DNA from: an uncultured virus (IMG/VR IMGVR_UViG_3300018427_001843)
Taxonomy: Duplodnaviria > Heunggongvirae > Uroviricota > Caudoviricetes
Strand: one strand, 5' to 3'
DNA: 64,000 bases
IMG/VR virus record: IMGVR_UViG_3300018427_001843
The notes beneath the pieces are model-generated. The model made no database searches. It was not told where the DNA came from and saw only the letters and a program-made list of their open reading frames with translations. Shown here one piece after another: positions 30,001 through 37,752 of the stretch (its first letter is position 1; each line of letters begins with the position of its first letter). Both the position numbers and the translations under genes were made by a program.

Positions 30001-32438
30001 GCTTAGACCTTTCACATTTTGACCTGTTAAACAATACAAATGTAACATCTATGCTTAAAGGCTGTGATTCATTGGAAAAGATAGTCCTCGGTCCGGGTCT
30101 CAATACCGCAAGCGGTAGAGGTAATACCCAGGTTGAACTTCCGGGCAACTGGCAGAGAGTAGCCAATCTGAACGGAAGGAAACTCTCCGAACCTGGTCCG
30201 CTGCTGACATCAGAAGAACTCTTTTCAACATATGACGGGTTCGATGATAATGGAATCTACCTGAAGGAAGGTGTCGACGATCAACAGTATGACATCAAAG
30301 ACAATGAGGCTTATACCTCAGTCGATGAGAATTGGGTCAAGAACGGTGATGGAACGTGGACATATACCTTCAACGTCTATGATGACGAAGCAGAGTTCTA
30401 CGGTTTCGAGGATCTCATGAACGGATATGACGTCGAGTATGACGAGAACAACCAGTTCATAATCAACGAGGACGGTTCCGTGACAAAGAGCATTACGATC
30501 ACTAACACCTCAACGGACACAGCATCGCTGAGTGTGACGAAGACCGTGAACGGCAACAACCTCAAGCCGACAGACACGAGCAGGGAATTCGAGTTCAAAA
30601 TAACTCTCACTAACGAGAACGCATCTCTGTTCGCGGGCGTCAAAGAATACGGCGGAGTAGTGTATAAGGACGGCGTGGCAGTCTTCAAGTTGAAGCACGG
30701 CGACACCATGAACTTCACCAAACTGCCGCTGGATACCTCATACGTCATAGAGGAAACACCTGTAGACGGTTTCAACAGCACCATCACGAACAGTGAAGGC
30801 TTGCTTGAGAACACCGACGTGGTGAACGTGCAGGCGGTGAACACTAAGACAGACGTAGAGCTCCGCAATATCACGATCGCCAAGACCATAGAAGGCGCTA
30901 TCTCAGAGAACGAAGAGTTCTCATACAGAGTTGTCCTAAAGGGGCTTGAAGCGAAGAGCGAGTACACGATGTACAACTCGGCAACAGGTGAGACGGAGAC
31001 GATCACATCTGACGCACTCGGAGCAGCGACTGCAGAGTTCACTCTGAAGGGCGGCAAGAACGCAGTATTCAGCAACCTGCCTGTAGGCGCGACATATACC
31101 GTGACCGAAAACGGCGGAAACTATGTTCCTTCATATACCGTAGCCGATGCTAACGAGCAGGGAACTATCGCTAAGGCGTCCGACAGCGAGACCGAAGGCC
31201 AGAGCCTTGCTACAGCTAAGGAAACGGTCAACACGGGCGAGGATGTCACAGTGACATTCACCAACAAGAGGACCGTGACTCAAGATGATACTATCGACAT
31301 AACCCTCCTGAAGAAAGCACAGGGCTCTGATGAAGTTCTCGGCGGAGCGACCTTCAACCTGTCCGGTACATCCGAGAACCAGGAGGATATAGATATCACG
31401 ACGGTATCGGATTCCGACGGAAAGCTGACGTTCAGAAAGATAGAAAACGGCACATATCAGCTGAAGGAGACAAAGGCTCCTGCAGGCTACAGTCTTGATC
31501 AGACGGTCTATACAGTGACCGTACAGAATGGGACAGCGGAGATCACAGGCCTCACAAGAGTAGACGGCAACTTCGTCGTATACAACACGCCTGTGCCTAC
31601 CGCAGACTTCAGCTTCAGGAAGACCGACTCAGCGAGCGGGACACCACTCAGCGGAGCAAGGTTCTCGATATCTGACGGCAGCACTGTCGTTGGCAGGAAG
31701 GCTTCAGATGATAACGGCATCGTTTCATTCGAAGGTCTTGAGTTCAAGACATATACCCTCCGTGAGATAGAAGCTCCGGAAGGCTACGAGCTGTCAGACG
31801 AGGAATACACCGTCACTCTTACTTCGGGAAGCCCTGCAACAGTCGAGATTACAGACAGCAGTGGTGATCCTGTCCAAAAGGACGGTGATACCTACGTGAT
31901 AAGCAACACAAGGAAGACTGTGGTTTTCACTCTCAAAAAGAATGTCGCAGGCGGAATGGGCGATCATGTCAATCCATTCGTCTTCAGCTACATCCTTACG
32001 GATGCAGCGGCAAATGCGACGTATACGGCCACAAACGGTGCTGAGACGATAGAAATAGCAACAGACTCAACAGGGTCTGCTACCGGCACTCTCCATCTCT
32101 CAGACGGCGGGAATTTCCATATTGAAGGACTTCCGAGCGGCGCAAAGATTATCACTACCGAAACAGCGAACGACCACACAGCAAGCTACTCGGCTGCGGT
32201 CGGAAGATACTCGATGGAAGGGCAGAACGAGACGTTCAATACGGCGCTGTCCACAGAAGAGCTGAGCTTGACAGACTCTGCTACGGTTACCTTCACAAAT
32301 GTAAGGACAGCCCTTACGCCTACAGGAATAAAGAAGGTAAGTGAACACCTTATGCTGGCTGTCTTCGCACTGGCAGGTGCATTGTATGCACTTTTAAGGG
32401 CCAGAAGAACCCGCAAAGCTTCAGATATGAAGGAATAG
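21060..32438 (+). CDS. Giant 3792-aa sortase-anchored adhesin with CnaB/SpaA domains and DUF285/BspA-type 26-aa repeats
   Basis: Signal peptide; multiple 'GTYxLxETxAP' domains; 'WDTSxVTNMSxMF' repeats; TPTG + TM + basic tail. Confidence 0.85.
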   Translation: MRGKQVIAIILSVIMMLPSFTPMAAYAEDLPAGNRLALLKVEAEKDHPYDVLEIAVPSEEEPEAYVWGSGIKEDKKVLDKIGTPEDLTETLENIRDEKEPDKLITDLTKEWADYFDRSSALEPVKEKEDKYELSEGLYLISDEEGFYIPEFLEVKDKDLKITLEKQEKAEDIKSSDEQAEEPDSTEEPAEKEDSEAKDNTSDSKASAPAVKENAKAPSLKSADNEWIERFTATFIRGAEEESGKLIWTPTNANADHRFVYRVNYAFSGEFELPAGAVEIRVPKQILKNRDGEYDDYYDIAIPKEEEADSDTKFIYEEDGNELVIRNYTEVSAGESGTIEVSYLTKDKTFYYMDMEAHDPFYADIEVDNSGQKVTAHADAAPVHINTNSVIVRTDKRVPTLYRRWDASWGETPADADDYYFIRWEVRTAIKKENTQPYDFTLEDTFDDGEVVGYKFEGQNTYTQNNTVPNVYQRSDERYDYVLTKHLKSEFKDLQNYTVWNNITATVHPVDLLDPDTQATDREPFYYEKPVYRYPPGRFYADKFGQYTDTYTTGFEPSNYGIVQDSEDISDYGLDEFVLGDSDKLNDEHLKYYAYLRGYPYPWTLPDGEIGDDPYQYGKEPVKYELWDETINIEDNEPLVGGEDYEFSQLHFIFNFEKAVFNEETMQFDTSAATASDFTEDNNVIFYAKKVGDEEYVKIGEFAPGTNTWSNVNSSYVNRVEPNDIYFKSDVIGYKLETSNALWYTCLRVYPHLTLFRNEKTLSQMGDATTVRIDNTAYIQVTDHNGNELFPGDAENSKGEAYQEGMVNSDYVRKVLRQSNIQKYVTGTRNNKAKKTYTVTWRINMEESYTDNLGRHQIEQGGGTFFDLCPLGSHADKKSVIVYDNGTRLNSSNYDVSIEPNYNDTGRDLLVIKIKKPGKKYSFYYDTIHEWEDLSQVNFKIFNSVAYETENSRIAEGYPDDGGVGRDKALLADLDPDSDASRFIYSQDWHDVDLVVSTSTGINKKVRAEEDEKYSYDTMTYVNGNYSYRWRVANDEITKLKDMVLFDSMENFTKESENIESDWHGYVQSVDTAMLREQGIFPVVYYSSLENMDIYEHHNLDEMIDGEKVWKTKAEFGDISNAKAIAIDCSKALDGTDFVLGQGESIETFVNMKAPSQGMNLGRIPYSYNNIFLSSTKIDDLDQEHPDLIHQDYTKIGYKVKGDIDFYKVDKKDHENRISGIAFMLYGKSDYGTDVELEAVSDSNGYVRFNDVEQGTYQIRELGGSADWQVDRELKTVTIDKDGVATIDGLSKDGLVNRYYVWENEARIHADMDFIKKSANRPSEELSVISAIRGVRPGSTETVTIDGNEYYVLASDNDEALLMAKDAETSLSSFTGWNDSAIRTYLNGDYFNDKPILSALNVKHAVKTRRPESFENYTSTDEKAFILTQADISGFTGDEDASIDDYSAKQTILPNSILRSLSGTFVLRNPYSEGEAAVCNASTGEISAESSVLMPKFYPVIKVDIGDRINVTIPDTEFTVSGTSDYGNEVYETAVTNNSGKLVIRNLEQGTYQLIETRANEDYVPNSTEYTVIVDKNGLVSIFNGNEPVETNGSSYIIRNYPKYHSFSILKTDKENGQWLQGATFHLYGTSDIGTPVDITGTTGTNGRVEFANLEAGTYLIKETAAPDKHMIDPVSHVLTIQDNGMISISGINKENGTFDWRNERAYDGKIVITKIWKDNKEDNERPTPKVTIKTEKPASALQAYAVFDSSTGTLTFFRDEPGKYTGIKTFGTKTVYATDFETAAPSGPYSLPWDSKRDRINSVVVEDPIMPLSTAHWFEYCSNLTSADLALLDTSNVTTMSSMFRGCSNLTSFDGSGWDTSKVTDMYYMFSECYRLSDLSINDWDVGNVTNMNYMFNYCGRSASVPGALDLSNWDPKKLTNMDRMFYTCGFASVDMSGWELDSLTSIDDLFVYSEKLQTANLSGWTANNLTSLNDLFYYCYALRSVDASNWEMHNLTNVSRLITSCYAFTSLDVSGWDAGNITNMQQMFQYCSGLTSLDLSGIDTSNVTNMSSMFSQCTKLASLDLSGWDTSKVTNMSSMFSECYALEDFDVSGLDTSNVTDMSYMFHVCDALTSLDLSGWDTSSVTNMRGMFYGCSSLKNIYVSELWDTLAVTNSSNMFSSCSELPNFNSSVIDKTNAHYNEGGYLTYKAAPSGSSGANMIPMMLLMKKLGVTGLIEKALVKLGILQEAYAAEDTAVLTFESGTDGTFEDGSTTNVVEYELLYPTLIKYSHTPNMGDDGVATRLITSSEGNTTDTVIIPGAAKIEIDVWYSTYSTSYSWLAIYGKNQTPSTINYASAAISKGKLGGGGSYNSYAKPTSSSYHKTYTVNDDTVKFYFRRGGTTISYLSGYGYYAVVTGYDSDGNPIRETSGEKILGNIISGEYKEPVARDPEYRFDDWTPSLSSITSDATITATYEEDLLSDQTKGVYDGVDWKIKGDGTLVIGKAGETQSFANNPDRTYSSWPWYQYRSQIKNVEFAGPVNGNGSHNGMFYNCSQLIDFDTTNFNTSNVTNMSYMFQGCSKLTSLDVSGWDTGSVTNMSYMFNYCNKLTSLGVSGWDTGSVTNMSNMFGNCSGLTSLDLSDWDTGSVTDMSNMFGNCSGLTSLDLSRWDTGNVTNMQSMFNSCRGLTSLDLSSWDTGSVTNMSYMFQYCSGLTSLDLSDWDTGSVTNMSNMFGNCSSLTSLDVSEWDTGNVTNMSNMFQSCSALEDFDVSCFDTSKVTDMGYMFQNCSGLTSLNVSNFDTSNVQSMSNMFSGCSGLTSLDFSSFDTSNVTNMQNMFAGCSGLTSLDLSSFDTSKVTNMSSMFYNCSRLTRLDVSGWDTSKVTTFYGMFQNCNALTSLDVSDWDTSNVTTMSSMFQNCSALTSLDVSGFDTSRVYGMNSMFQNCSGLTSLDVSGFDTSKVEGMGSMFSGCTSLRSVDISGFTTNTLFSVDHLFENCSSLTSLDLSHFDLLNNTNVTSMLKGCDSLEKIVLGPGLNTASGRGNTQVELPGNWQRVANLNGRKLSEPGPLLTSEELFSTYDGFDDNGIYLKEGVDDQQYDIKDNEAYTSVDENWVKNGDGTWTYTFNVYDDEAEFYGFEDLMNGYDVEYDENNQFIINEDGSVTKSITITNTSTDTASLSVTKTVNGNNLKPTDTSREFEFKITLTNENASLFAGVKEYGGVVYKDGVAVFKLKHGDTMNFTKLPLDTSYVIEETPVDGFNSTITNSEGLLENTDVVNVQAVNTKTDVELRNITIAKTIEGAISENEEFSYRVVLKGLEAKSEYTMYNSATGETETITSDALGAATAEFTLKGGKNAVFSNLPVGATYTVTENGGNYVPSYTVADANEQGTIAKASDSETEGQSLATAKETVNTGEDVTVTFTNKRTVTQDDTIDITLLKKAQGSDEVLGGATFNLSGTSENQEDIDITTVSDSDGKLTFRKIENGTYQLKETKAPAGYSLDQTVYTVTVQNGTAEITGLTRVDGNFVVYNTPVPTADFSFRKTDSASGTPLSGARFSISDGSTVVGRKASDDNGIVSFEGLEFKTYTLREIEAPEGYELSDEEYTVTLTSGSPATVEITDSSGDPVQKDGDTYVISNTRKTVVFTLKKNVAGGMGDHVNPFVFSYILTDAAANATYTATNGAETIEIATDSTGSATGTLHLSDGGNFHIEGLPSGAKIITTETANDHTASYSAAVGRYSMEGQNETFNTALSTEELSLTDSATVTFTNVRTALTPTGIKKVSEHLMLAVFALAGALYALLRARRTRKASDMKE
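26520..27560 (+). repeat. 26-aa (78-bp) leucine-rich repeat block 1 (coding)
   Basis: Tandem 'LDLSGWDTSKVTNMSSMF' units. Confidence 0.8.
28650..30080 (+). repeat. 26-aa (78-bp) leucine-rich repeat block 2 (coding), near-identical at DNA level
   Basis: Repeated GGGATACAGGCAGYGTCACGAACATGAGC units with a 78-bp period. Confidence 0.85.
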
Positions 32439-32483
32439 GCGCCCTGAATGCGCCTGCTATGGCAGGACAGATTTAGTTACTTT

Positions 32484-32509
32484 GCGAGGGAGAATATCCC
32501 TCGCTTTTT
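32484..32509 (+). terminator. Terminator-like hairpin
   Basis: GCGAGGGA-gaata-TCCCTCGC followed by T5. Confidence 0.65.
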
Positions 32510-32551
32510 GATGGCAACGGTATAGCTGCGGTTCGACTCCGCAGGCCGTCC
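32510..32551 (+). ncRNA. tRNA-like minihelix, copy 3
   Basis: GATGGC-AACGGTATAG-CTGCGG-TTCGACT-CCGCAG-GCCGTC-C. Confidence 0.65.
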
Positions 32552-32594
32552 TAAAGGGAAAACTTATATCTTGGCAAAAGAAGGAAAAACACTG

Positions 32595-35500
32595 ATGAAA
32601 AAGGAAAGATTGCTGATTCTATTACTGAGTATTGCGCTGCTGGCGGCACCCCAAATGCCGATGACAGCTTATGCAGAGGGCACAGAACCTCCGGGGACGA
32701 TTACTGAAACACCAGAGACAGAACCTTCCGGACAAGAAGGCACTGAAACGCCGGGAACAGAGACTCCCGGACAGGGCGGCACGGAAACCCCTGGCGGCGA
32801 GCAGCAGCCCCCTGCAGATACTCCGCCGGAAGGCGGCGGACAGGAAGACCCGGCTCCGGAAGTATATATGCTTTCTGCCGAAGTATACAGATATTCGTAC
32901 GGAAAGAGCGAAAGCTCCGGAGAGCCTGCCCCGAATATGCAGATCACTGTGAAGCTCAAAGACGGCTCCGAGGAACTGACGTCTGATGAGGACGGCAGAA
33001 TATCTTTTGATCTGACAGAAGAGCAGCGTACAGAAAGCGGCGAATATGAATGGGAAATAGCTGCTGATTCGGAGCACCATGAAGCTTCCGGCAAGATCAA
33101 AGAAGTAAAAAAAGAATCCGAAGACGACATCCCGAAAGCGGAAAATCTTTATGTAGAAGATCGTTATGAGCCGGAAGGTTCCGAGTACGAATTCGAAAAA
33201 TCAGATTCACTTACGGAGGTAGGAAGTGAAATCTGGGCAAAGGCTCCGGGCAAATACGTGATCAAGGGAACAGGCTCAAGAAAGCTCGCCACAGAGCTTG
33301 ATGGAGAAGCAGCTGAGTCCCTGGAAGTATCCGTCTCGGAAGATGGCCTTATAGATGACTTCTATATATATAACGGAGATGACTGCTCGAAGGTGCTTAA
33401 GGATCAGAAAATCAATATCGATTCCGGGGCACCGGCTATAAGCAATGTATCTACAGAATCTGCCGGCCCTGCAACATTTGTAAAAACTCACGGAATCTAC
33501 GCAAGAGAAAAAGCCGAGCTGGTCCTTACAGCAGAAATTGAAGAGGATACCCAGATCAGCAACATATATCTTATCTGCAGATCAACTGATGCGGATGGTA
33601 ATCCCGTCGAGACCAGATACGACTGCATAAAGAAAGAATCTACGGACGAGGGCTACAATGTCGTTATTGCTCTGCCGGATGAGACGACACTTCTTGACGC
33701 GGCAAAGGTAAGGCTCGTTGCAGAAGATGTATTCGGCAATAAGTCGAATGAAGTTTTGCTGACCAAATCAGAAGACGGCTCCAATGTAACGATCGAGCTG
33801 ATCCCGCCGGTAATCGAAAAGAAGGCAAATGGTACATTAAGCAGCTTCGGCTGGTACAATGCGATGCCTGAGCTGTCTGTAACGGCAAAAGACAGCCTTT
33901 CGGGCCTTGAATTGGTGTCAATTAAAAATAAGGATTCCGTTATAGCCGAAGCATTATTTGAGAGCAAGGAAACGGAAGAAAAGACCATCAAGGGAAAGGC
34001 AAAAGAAGACGCCTCTTCATCGGATGGAAATTACACCTTTGATATCGAAGCTAAGGATAATGCCGGAAATACGGCAAAAGACGTTTTCGAGATAAAAGTC
34101 GACACCGAAAAGCCTGTTCTTGAAATATCGGGCATTACGCAAGGCGAATATCGAAAGGAAGCCCCTTCAGTGGTCATCAGTGAAAAGGAAGACCACCCGA
34201 AAGAGGAGGGTAACCGTATAACCGTAAAGCTTGCACTTGACGGAAAAACTGTACACGAGAGCACATACACAAAAACAGACCGCATAGAGCTTCCTCTGAA
34301 TCTGTTTGAAAAAGACGGACTCTACTCTCTGAGCGTATCAGCAAAAGACGCAGCAGACAATGGTTCTGATGAAGCAACTGTAAGCTTCACAAAGGACTCT
34401 GACGGGCCGGGCATAAAATTTGATGAGCCTAAAGGCACGAAGAGCAAATACGGCTGGTACAGCAAACTTCCGACTCTCTCCGCAATGGCACAGGATCCGA
34501 CTTCAGGCCTCGCAGCCCTGGAGATTAATGGTGATGTCGGGCTTATCAAAAGGGAAGCCATCAGCGAAGGCGGAACGAAAGAACTTACAAGCATTTCCGC
34601 AGACGCAAAGATAGGTGAGCCAAGTGAAAGCGGCGCATATAAATTCACCGCAGAGGCGGAAGACCTTACCGGAAACAGGAGCGCTGATACCTGCACACTG
34701 AAGATAGACCTTGTCGCACCGGAACTTGTTCTGAACGGAGCAGCAGACGGCGGCATCTACAGCAGCGCTCCGACTATCACAGTAATCGAAAATGAAAAGT
34801 ACCATGCGGAAGAAGGAAACCGCATATCTCTTAAAATAACCCGTGACGGAAAGGAGACCCTGAACAAAGCATACAGCAAGACAAGTCAGATAACACTTCC
34901 GGCAGATCTGTTTGAAACTGACGGCCTTTATGTTCTGACAGCGAACGCACAGGACGCAGCGGACAATGAAGCGAAAGAAGTAAGCTTAAGCTTCACAAAG
35001 GATGAGGCAGGCCCTTCAGTGGAATTTACCAATCCTGACGGCAAGATGAGCAAATATGGCTGGTACGGCGAACTTCCCGTCCTGAACGCAAAGTCACAGG
35101 ATCTGGTGGCAGGCCTTGCGTCCCTTGAGCTGAAGGGCCCATCGGGCCTTATCAGCAGCGCAGATCTCAGCGAACGCGGTACAAAGGATTCCCAGAAGAT
35201 CTCTGCCAAAGCCGTGATCGGTTCTGCCAGCGCAGACGGAAGCTACGACTTTACAGCGGAGGCCAAGGATCTTGCCGGCAATCCGGGCACGGACAAATGC
35301 ACAATGAAGATAGACCTTGTTGCACCGGTTCTTAAATCGTCCGGTGCAGAGGACGGCGGAATATATATAGATCCGCCTAGCATCACGATCAATGAAGAAG
35401 AGAAATATTCTTCAGAGGAAGGCAACCGTATCTTTGTTGAGATCAAAAGAGACGGCAAATCGATCCTTAACGAGACATACACGAAAAAGAACTCCGTTTC

Positions 35501-37553
35501 CATCAGCAGAGACACAATCAAAGAAGACGGCATCTACACACTGGAGGCCGCCGCAAAGGATGCAGCTGATCACGAATCAAACAAGATCCGTTTCAGCTTC
35601 ACCAAAGACTCTACAGCTCCTGACGTAGCCTTCGGAAACATCAAGGGCACAAAGAGCAGCTTCGGCTGGTACAATGCTATTCCTGAGCTTTCCGCTACAG
35701 CTTCGGACGGGCTCTCCGGCCTGAGATCGCTTTCGATCACTGGCAGCGGAGTAACAGTCGCATCCGAAAGATACAGCGATGCATCACAATCAGGAAAAAC
35801 CGTAAATGGCAAGGCCAAATTCGAAAAAGTATCTTCAGACGGAAAATATACATTCAAGGCAAAAGCCAGAGACGTCTCCGGCAACACTGCAGAGGATACA
35901 GTCACCGTCAAAATAGACCTCGAAAAGCCATCGGTCGATATCGACGGCATCAAGTCAGGGGAGCACTACAAGAGCAATCCTGAAGTAACGATAACAGAGG
36001 ATGAAAGATACCCTGGAGCCAAAGGTAACCGTATCTTCGTAACCGTCACAAGAAACGGAAAGGAGACGACCTACAGCAATACCTTCGAAAAACTCAAGAA
36101 GGTATCAGTCCCGAAAAGTGCTTTTGCTAAGGACGGAGAATACAAGATAAAAACTTATGCTATTGATGCTGCGGACAACAAGTCTGAAACAGTAAGCCGC
36201 AGCTTTGTAAAAGACGCGACATCCCCTGTACTTACTATAGACGGAGTGAAGGAGGGCAAGTTCTACAACAAGCCTCAGACTGTTTCCGTTCATGTAAAGG
36301 AGCATAACTTCAAGACAAACAAAGTCAATACGTCAGCAGTCAGAAAGCTTGGAAACAGTACGACAAACGTAGGCTTCCCGTGGTCAAACAAAGCAGAGAA
36401 CACAACAAATTCAAAACGCTTCAGCGAGACCGGAACATATACAGTCTCTGCTTCTGCAAAAGATAAGGCGGGAAATAAGAGTGCAGCGAAGAAGGTCAGC
36501 TTTACAGTAGATACAAAGGTGCCTGAGATAAAGATCACCGGAGTTTCAGATAATGGGATCTACACCTACGGCGAGTCTGTATCGCCTAAGGTTTCCTTCA
36601 CGGACGATTATCTTGACTCTAAGAGCGTTTCTTACACAAAGGCGGGAGAAACTATTACGAACCCGAATTTCGACGCTCTGAAGGAAAATGACGGCTACTA
36701 CACGCTTACCGCAACAGCTACGGACAAAGCGAACAACACAACAAGAAAGCAGCTTTCTTTCATAGTCAACCGCTTCGGTTCGTACTTCGTATATCCGGAA
36801 GAGACCCAGTCCGTCATGGGCAAGGCTCTTAAGAATATAGACAACGATATTTCTATCGTAGAGCACAATGTTTCAACGCTGAAATCCTCAAAGGATATCC
36901 TTTACCGAGACGGAAAGAAGATCGATGCAGAATCAAAGATCGACGAGAAGCTCGGTGCTGCTGAGAACGTCTACACGCATATCTTCAAAGAAGAGAACTT
37001 CGCAGAAGAAGGCAAATATGAGCTGAATGTTGTTTCGGTGGATGACGCAGGAAACGAGATGGACTCAAAGGATGAGACAGGCCCGATAGTCTTCTACGTA
37101 GACAGAACCGAGCCAAGCATCAACGTAAGCGGCATCGAAGAAAAGGGTAATAAGGGCAGCTCAGTCGATCTTACCGTAAAGGCAACTGACCTTCTGACCG
37201 GTGTAGACGAGATCAAAGCTACAGTAAACGGTGAAGAGGTCGCTCTGGCTGAAACTGAAGAGAAGGGCGTCTGGACGCTGACTCTTAAAGAAGGCATGAG
37301 ACAGCCGATAAAAATAACGGCAAAGGATAAGGCCGGCAACGAAGCCGTATATGAAGATGAGGCATCTGTCTCCGAAAGCGCATTCAAGCTGTGGTTTGAC
37401 AGATTCGGAAAGTTCATCTTCGGAGGCGCAGGCGCGCTTGCAGCCCTCGGCGGAGGCGGAGCTATCCTGCTTGGGAAAAAGAAAAAAGACGATGATGAGG
37501 AAGAGGAGGCAGGCGATACGCCAGAGAGCGATGACGCCGCTCCTCAGGAGTAA
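32595..37553 (+). CDS. Large Ig-like repeat surface protein with C-terminal TM anchor
   Basis: Signal peptide; repeated 'GWY..P.L.A.A.D..SGL' and 'A.D.AGN' Big-like domains; no LPXTG-type motif seen. Confidence 0.8.
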   Translation: MKKERLLILLLSIALLAAPQMPMTAYAEGTEPPGTITETPETEPSGQEGTETPGTETPGQGGTETPGGEQQPPADTPPEGGGQEDPAPEVYMLSAEVYRYSYGKSESSGEPAPNMQITVKLKDGSEELTSDEDGRISFDLTEEQRTESGEYEWEIAADSEHHEASGKIKEVKKESEDDIPKAENLYVEDRYEPEGSEYEFEKSDSLTEVGSEIWAKAPGKYVIKGTGSRKLATELDGEAAESLEVSVSEDGLIDDFYIYNGDDCSKVLKDQKINIDSGAPAISNVSTESAGPATFVKTHGIYAREKAELVLTAEIEEDTQISNIYLICRSTDADGNPVETRYDCIKKESTDEGYNVVIALPDETTLLDAAKVRLVAEDVFGNKSNEVLLTKSEDGSNVTIELIPPVIEKKANGTLSSFGWYNAMPELSVTAKDSLSGLELVSIKNKDSVIAEALFESKETEEKTIKGKAKEDASSSDGNYTFDIEAKDNAGNTAKDVFEIKVDTEKPVLEISGITQGEYRKEAPSVVISEKEDHPKEEGNRITVKLALDGKTVHESTYTKTDRIELPLNLFEKDGLYSLSVSAKDAADNGSDEATVSFTKDSDGPGIKFDEPKGTKSKYGWYSKLPTLSAMAQDPTSGLAALEINGDVGLIKREAISEGGTKELTSISADAKIGEPSESGAYKFTAEAEDLTGNRSADTCTLKIDLVAPELVLNGAADGGIYSSAPTITVIENEKYHAEEGNRISLKITRDGKETLNKAYSKTSQITLPADLFETDGLYVLTANAQDAADNEAKEVSLSFTKDEAGPSVEFTNPDGKMSKYGWYGELPVLNAKSQDLVAGLASLELKGPSGLISSADLSERGTKDSQKISAKAVIGSASADGSYDFTAEAKDLAGNPGTDKCTMKIDLVAPVLKSSGAEDGGIYIDPPSITINEEEKYSSEEGNRIFVEIKRDGKSILNETYTKKNSVSISRDTIKEDGIYTLEAAAKDAADHESNKIRFSFTKDSTAPDVAFGNIKGTKSSFGWYNAIPELSATASDGLSGLRSLSITGSGVTVASERYSDASQSGKTVNGKAKFEKVSSDGKYTFKAKARDVSGNTAEDTVTVKIDLEKPSVDIDGIKSGEHYKSNPEVTITEDERYPGAKGNRIFVTVTRNGKETTYSNTFEKLKKVSVPKSAFAKDGEYKIKTYAIDAADNKSETVSRSFVKDATSPVLTIDGVKEGKFYNKPQTVSVHVKEHNFKTNKVNTSAVRKLGNSTTNVGFPWSNKAENTTNSKRFSETGTYTVSASAKDKAGNKSAAKKVSFTVDTKVPEIKITGVSDNGIYTYGESVSPKVSFTDDYLDSKSVSYTKAGETITNPNFDALKENDGYYTLTATATDKANNTTRKQLSFIVNRFGSYFVYPEETQSVMGKALKNIDNDISIVEHNVSTLKSSKDILYRDGKKIDAESKIDEKLGAAENVYTHIFKEENFAEEGKYELNVVSVDDAGNEMDSKDETGPIVFYVDRTEPSINVSGIEEKGNKGSSVDLTVKATDLLTGVDEIKATVNGEEVALAETEEKGVWTLTLKEGMRQPIKITAKDKAGNEAVYEDEASVSESAFKLWFDRFGKFIFGGAGALAALGGGGAILLGKKKKDDDEEEEAGDTPESDDAAPQE

Positions 37554-37752
37554 ACCACACGGTCTGCAGGCTCTGAAACTACGGGGCCTGCAGATTCCTG
37601 CTGACAGGCGAAAGGTAGAGGACTACGCCATTCTTCTCGCAAAATCGGCCGGGAGCAATGACCATTGACGTGAATAACTATCGGGACGGTTTTTCCCGAT
37701 AACATGAAAAAGGGAAAAGGCACATCTTCGTTCATTTACGGAGGAGAAAGAG

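Noticed and set aside
28650..30080. 78-bp periodic repeats as a CRISPR array
   Set aside because: In-frame coding repeats with no unique spacers and no cas genes
26520..30080. DGR-type mutagenesis (AAC/TAC/AGC variation in repeats)
   Set aside because: No reverse transcriptase or separate template repeat in the window; differences are not confined to adenines
3458..32551. GGTTCGAYTCC motifs as true tRNA genes
   Set aside because: Only 8-10 nt separate the acceptor strand from the T-arm, leaving no room for D or anticodon arms; reported as tRNA mimics instead
37610..37640. Lysine riboswitch (AGGTAGAGG)
   Set aside because: Remaining conserved elements and length are missing; downstream gene is unrelated
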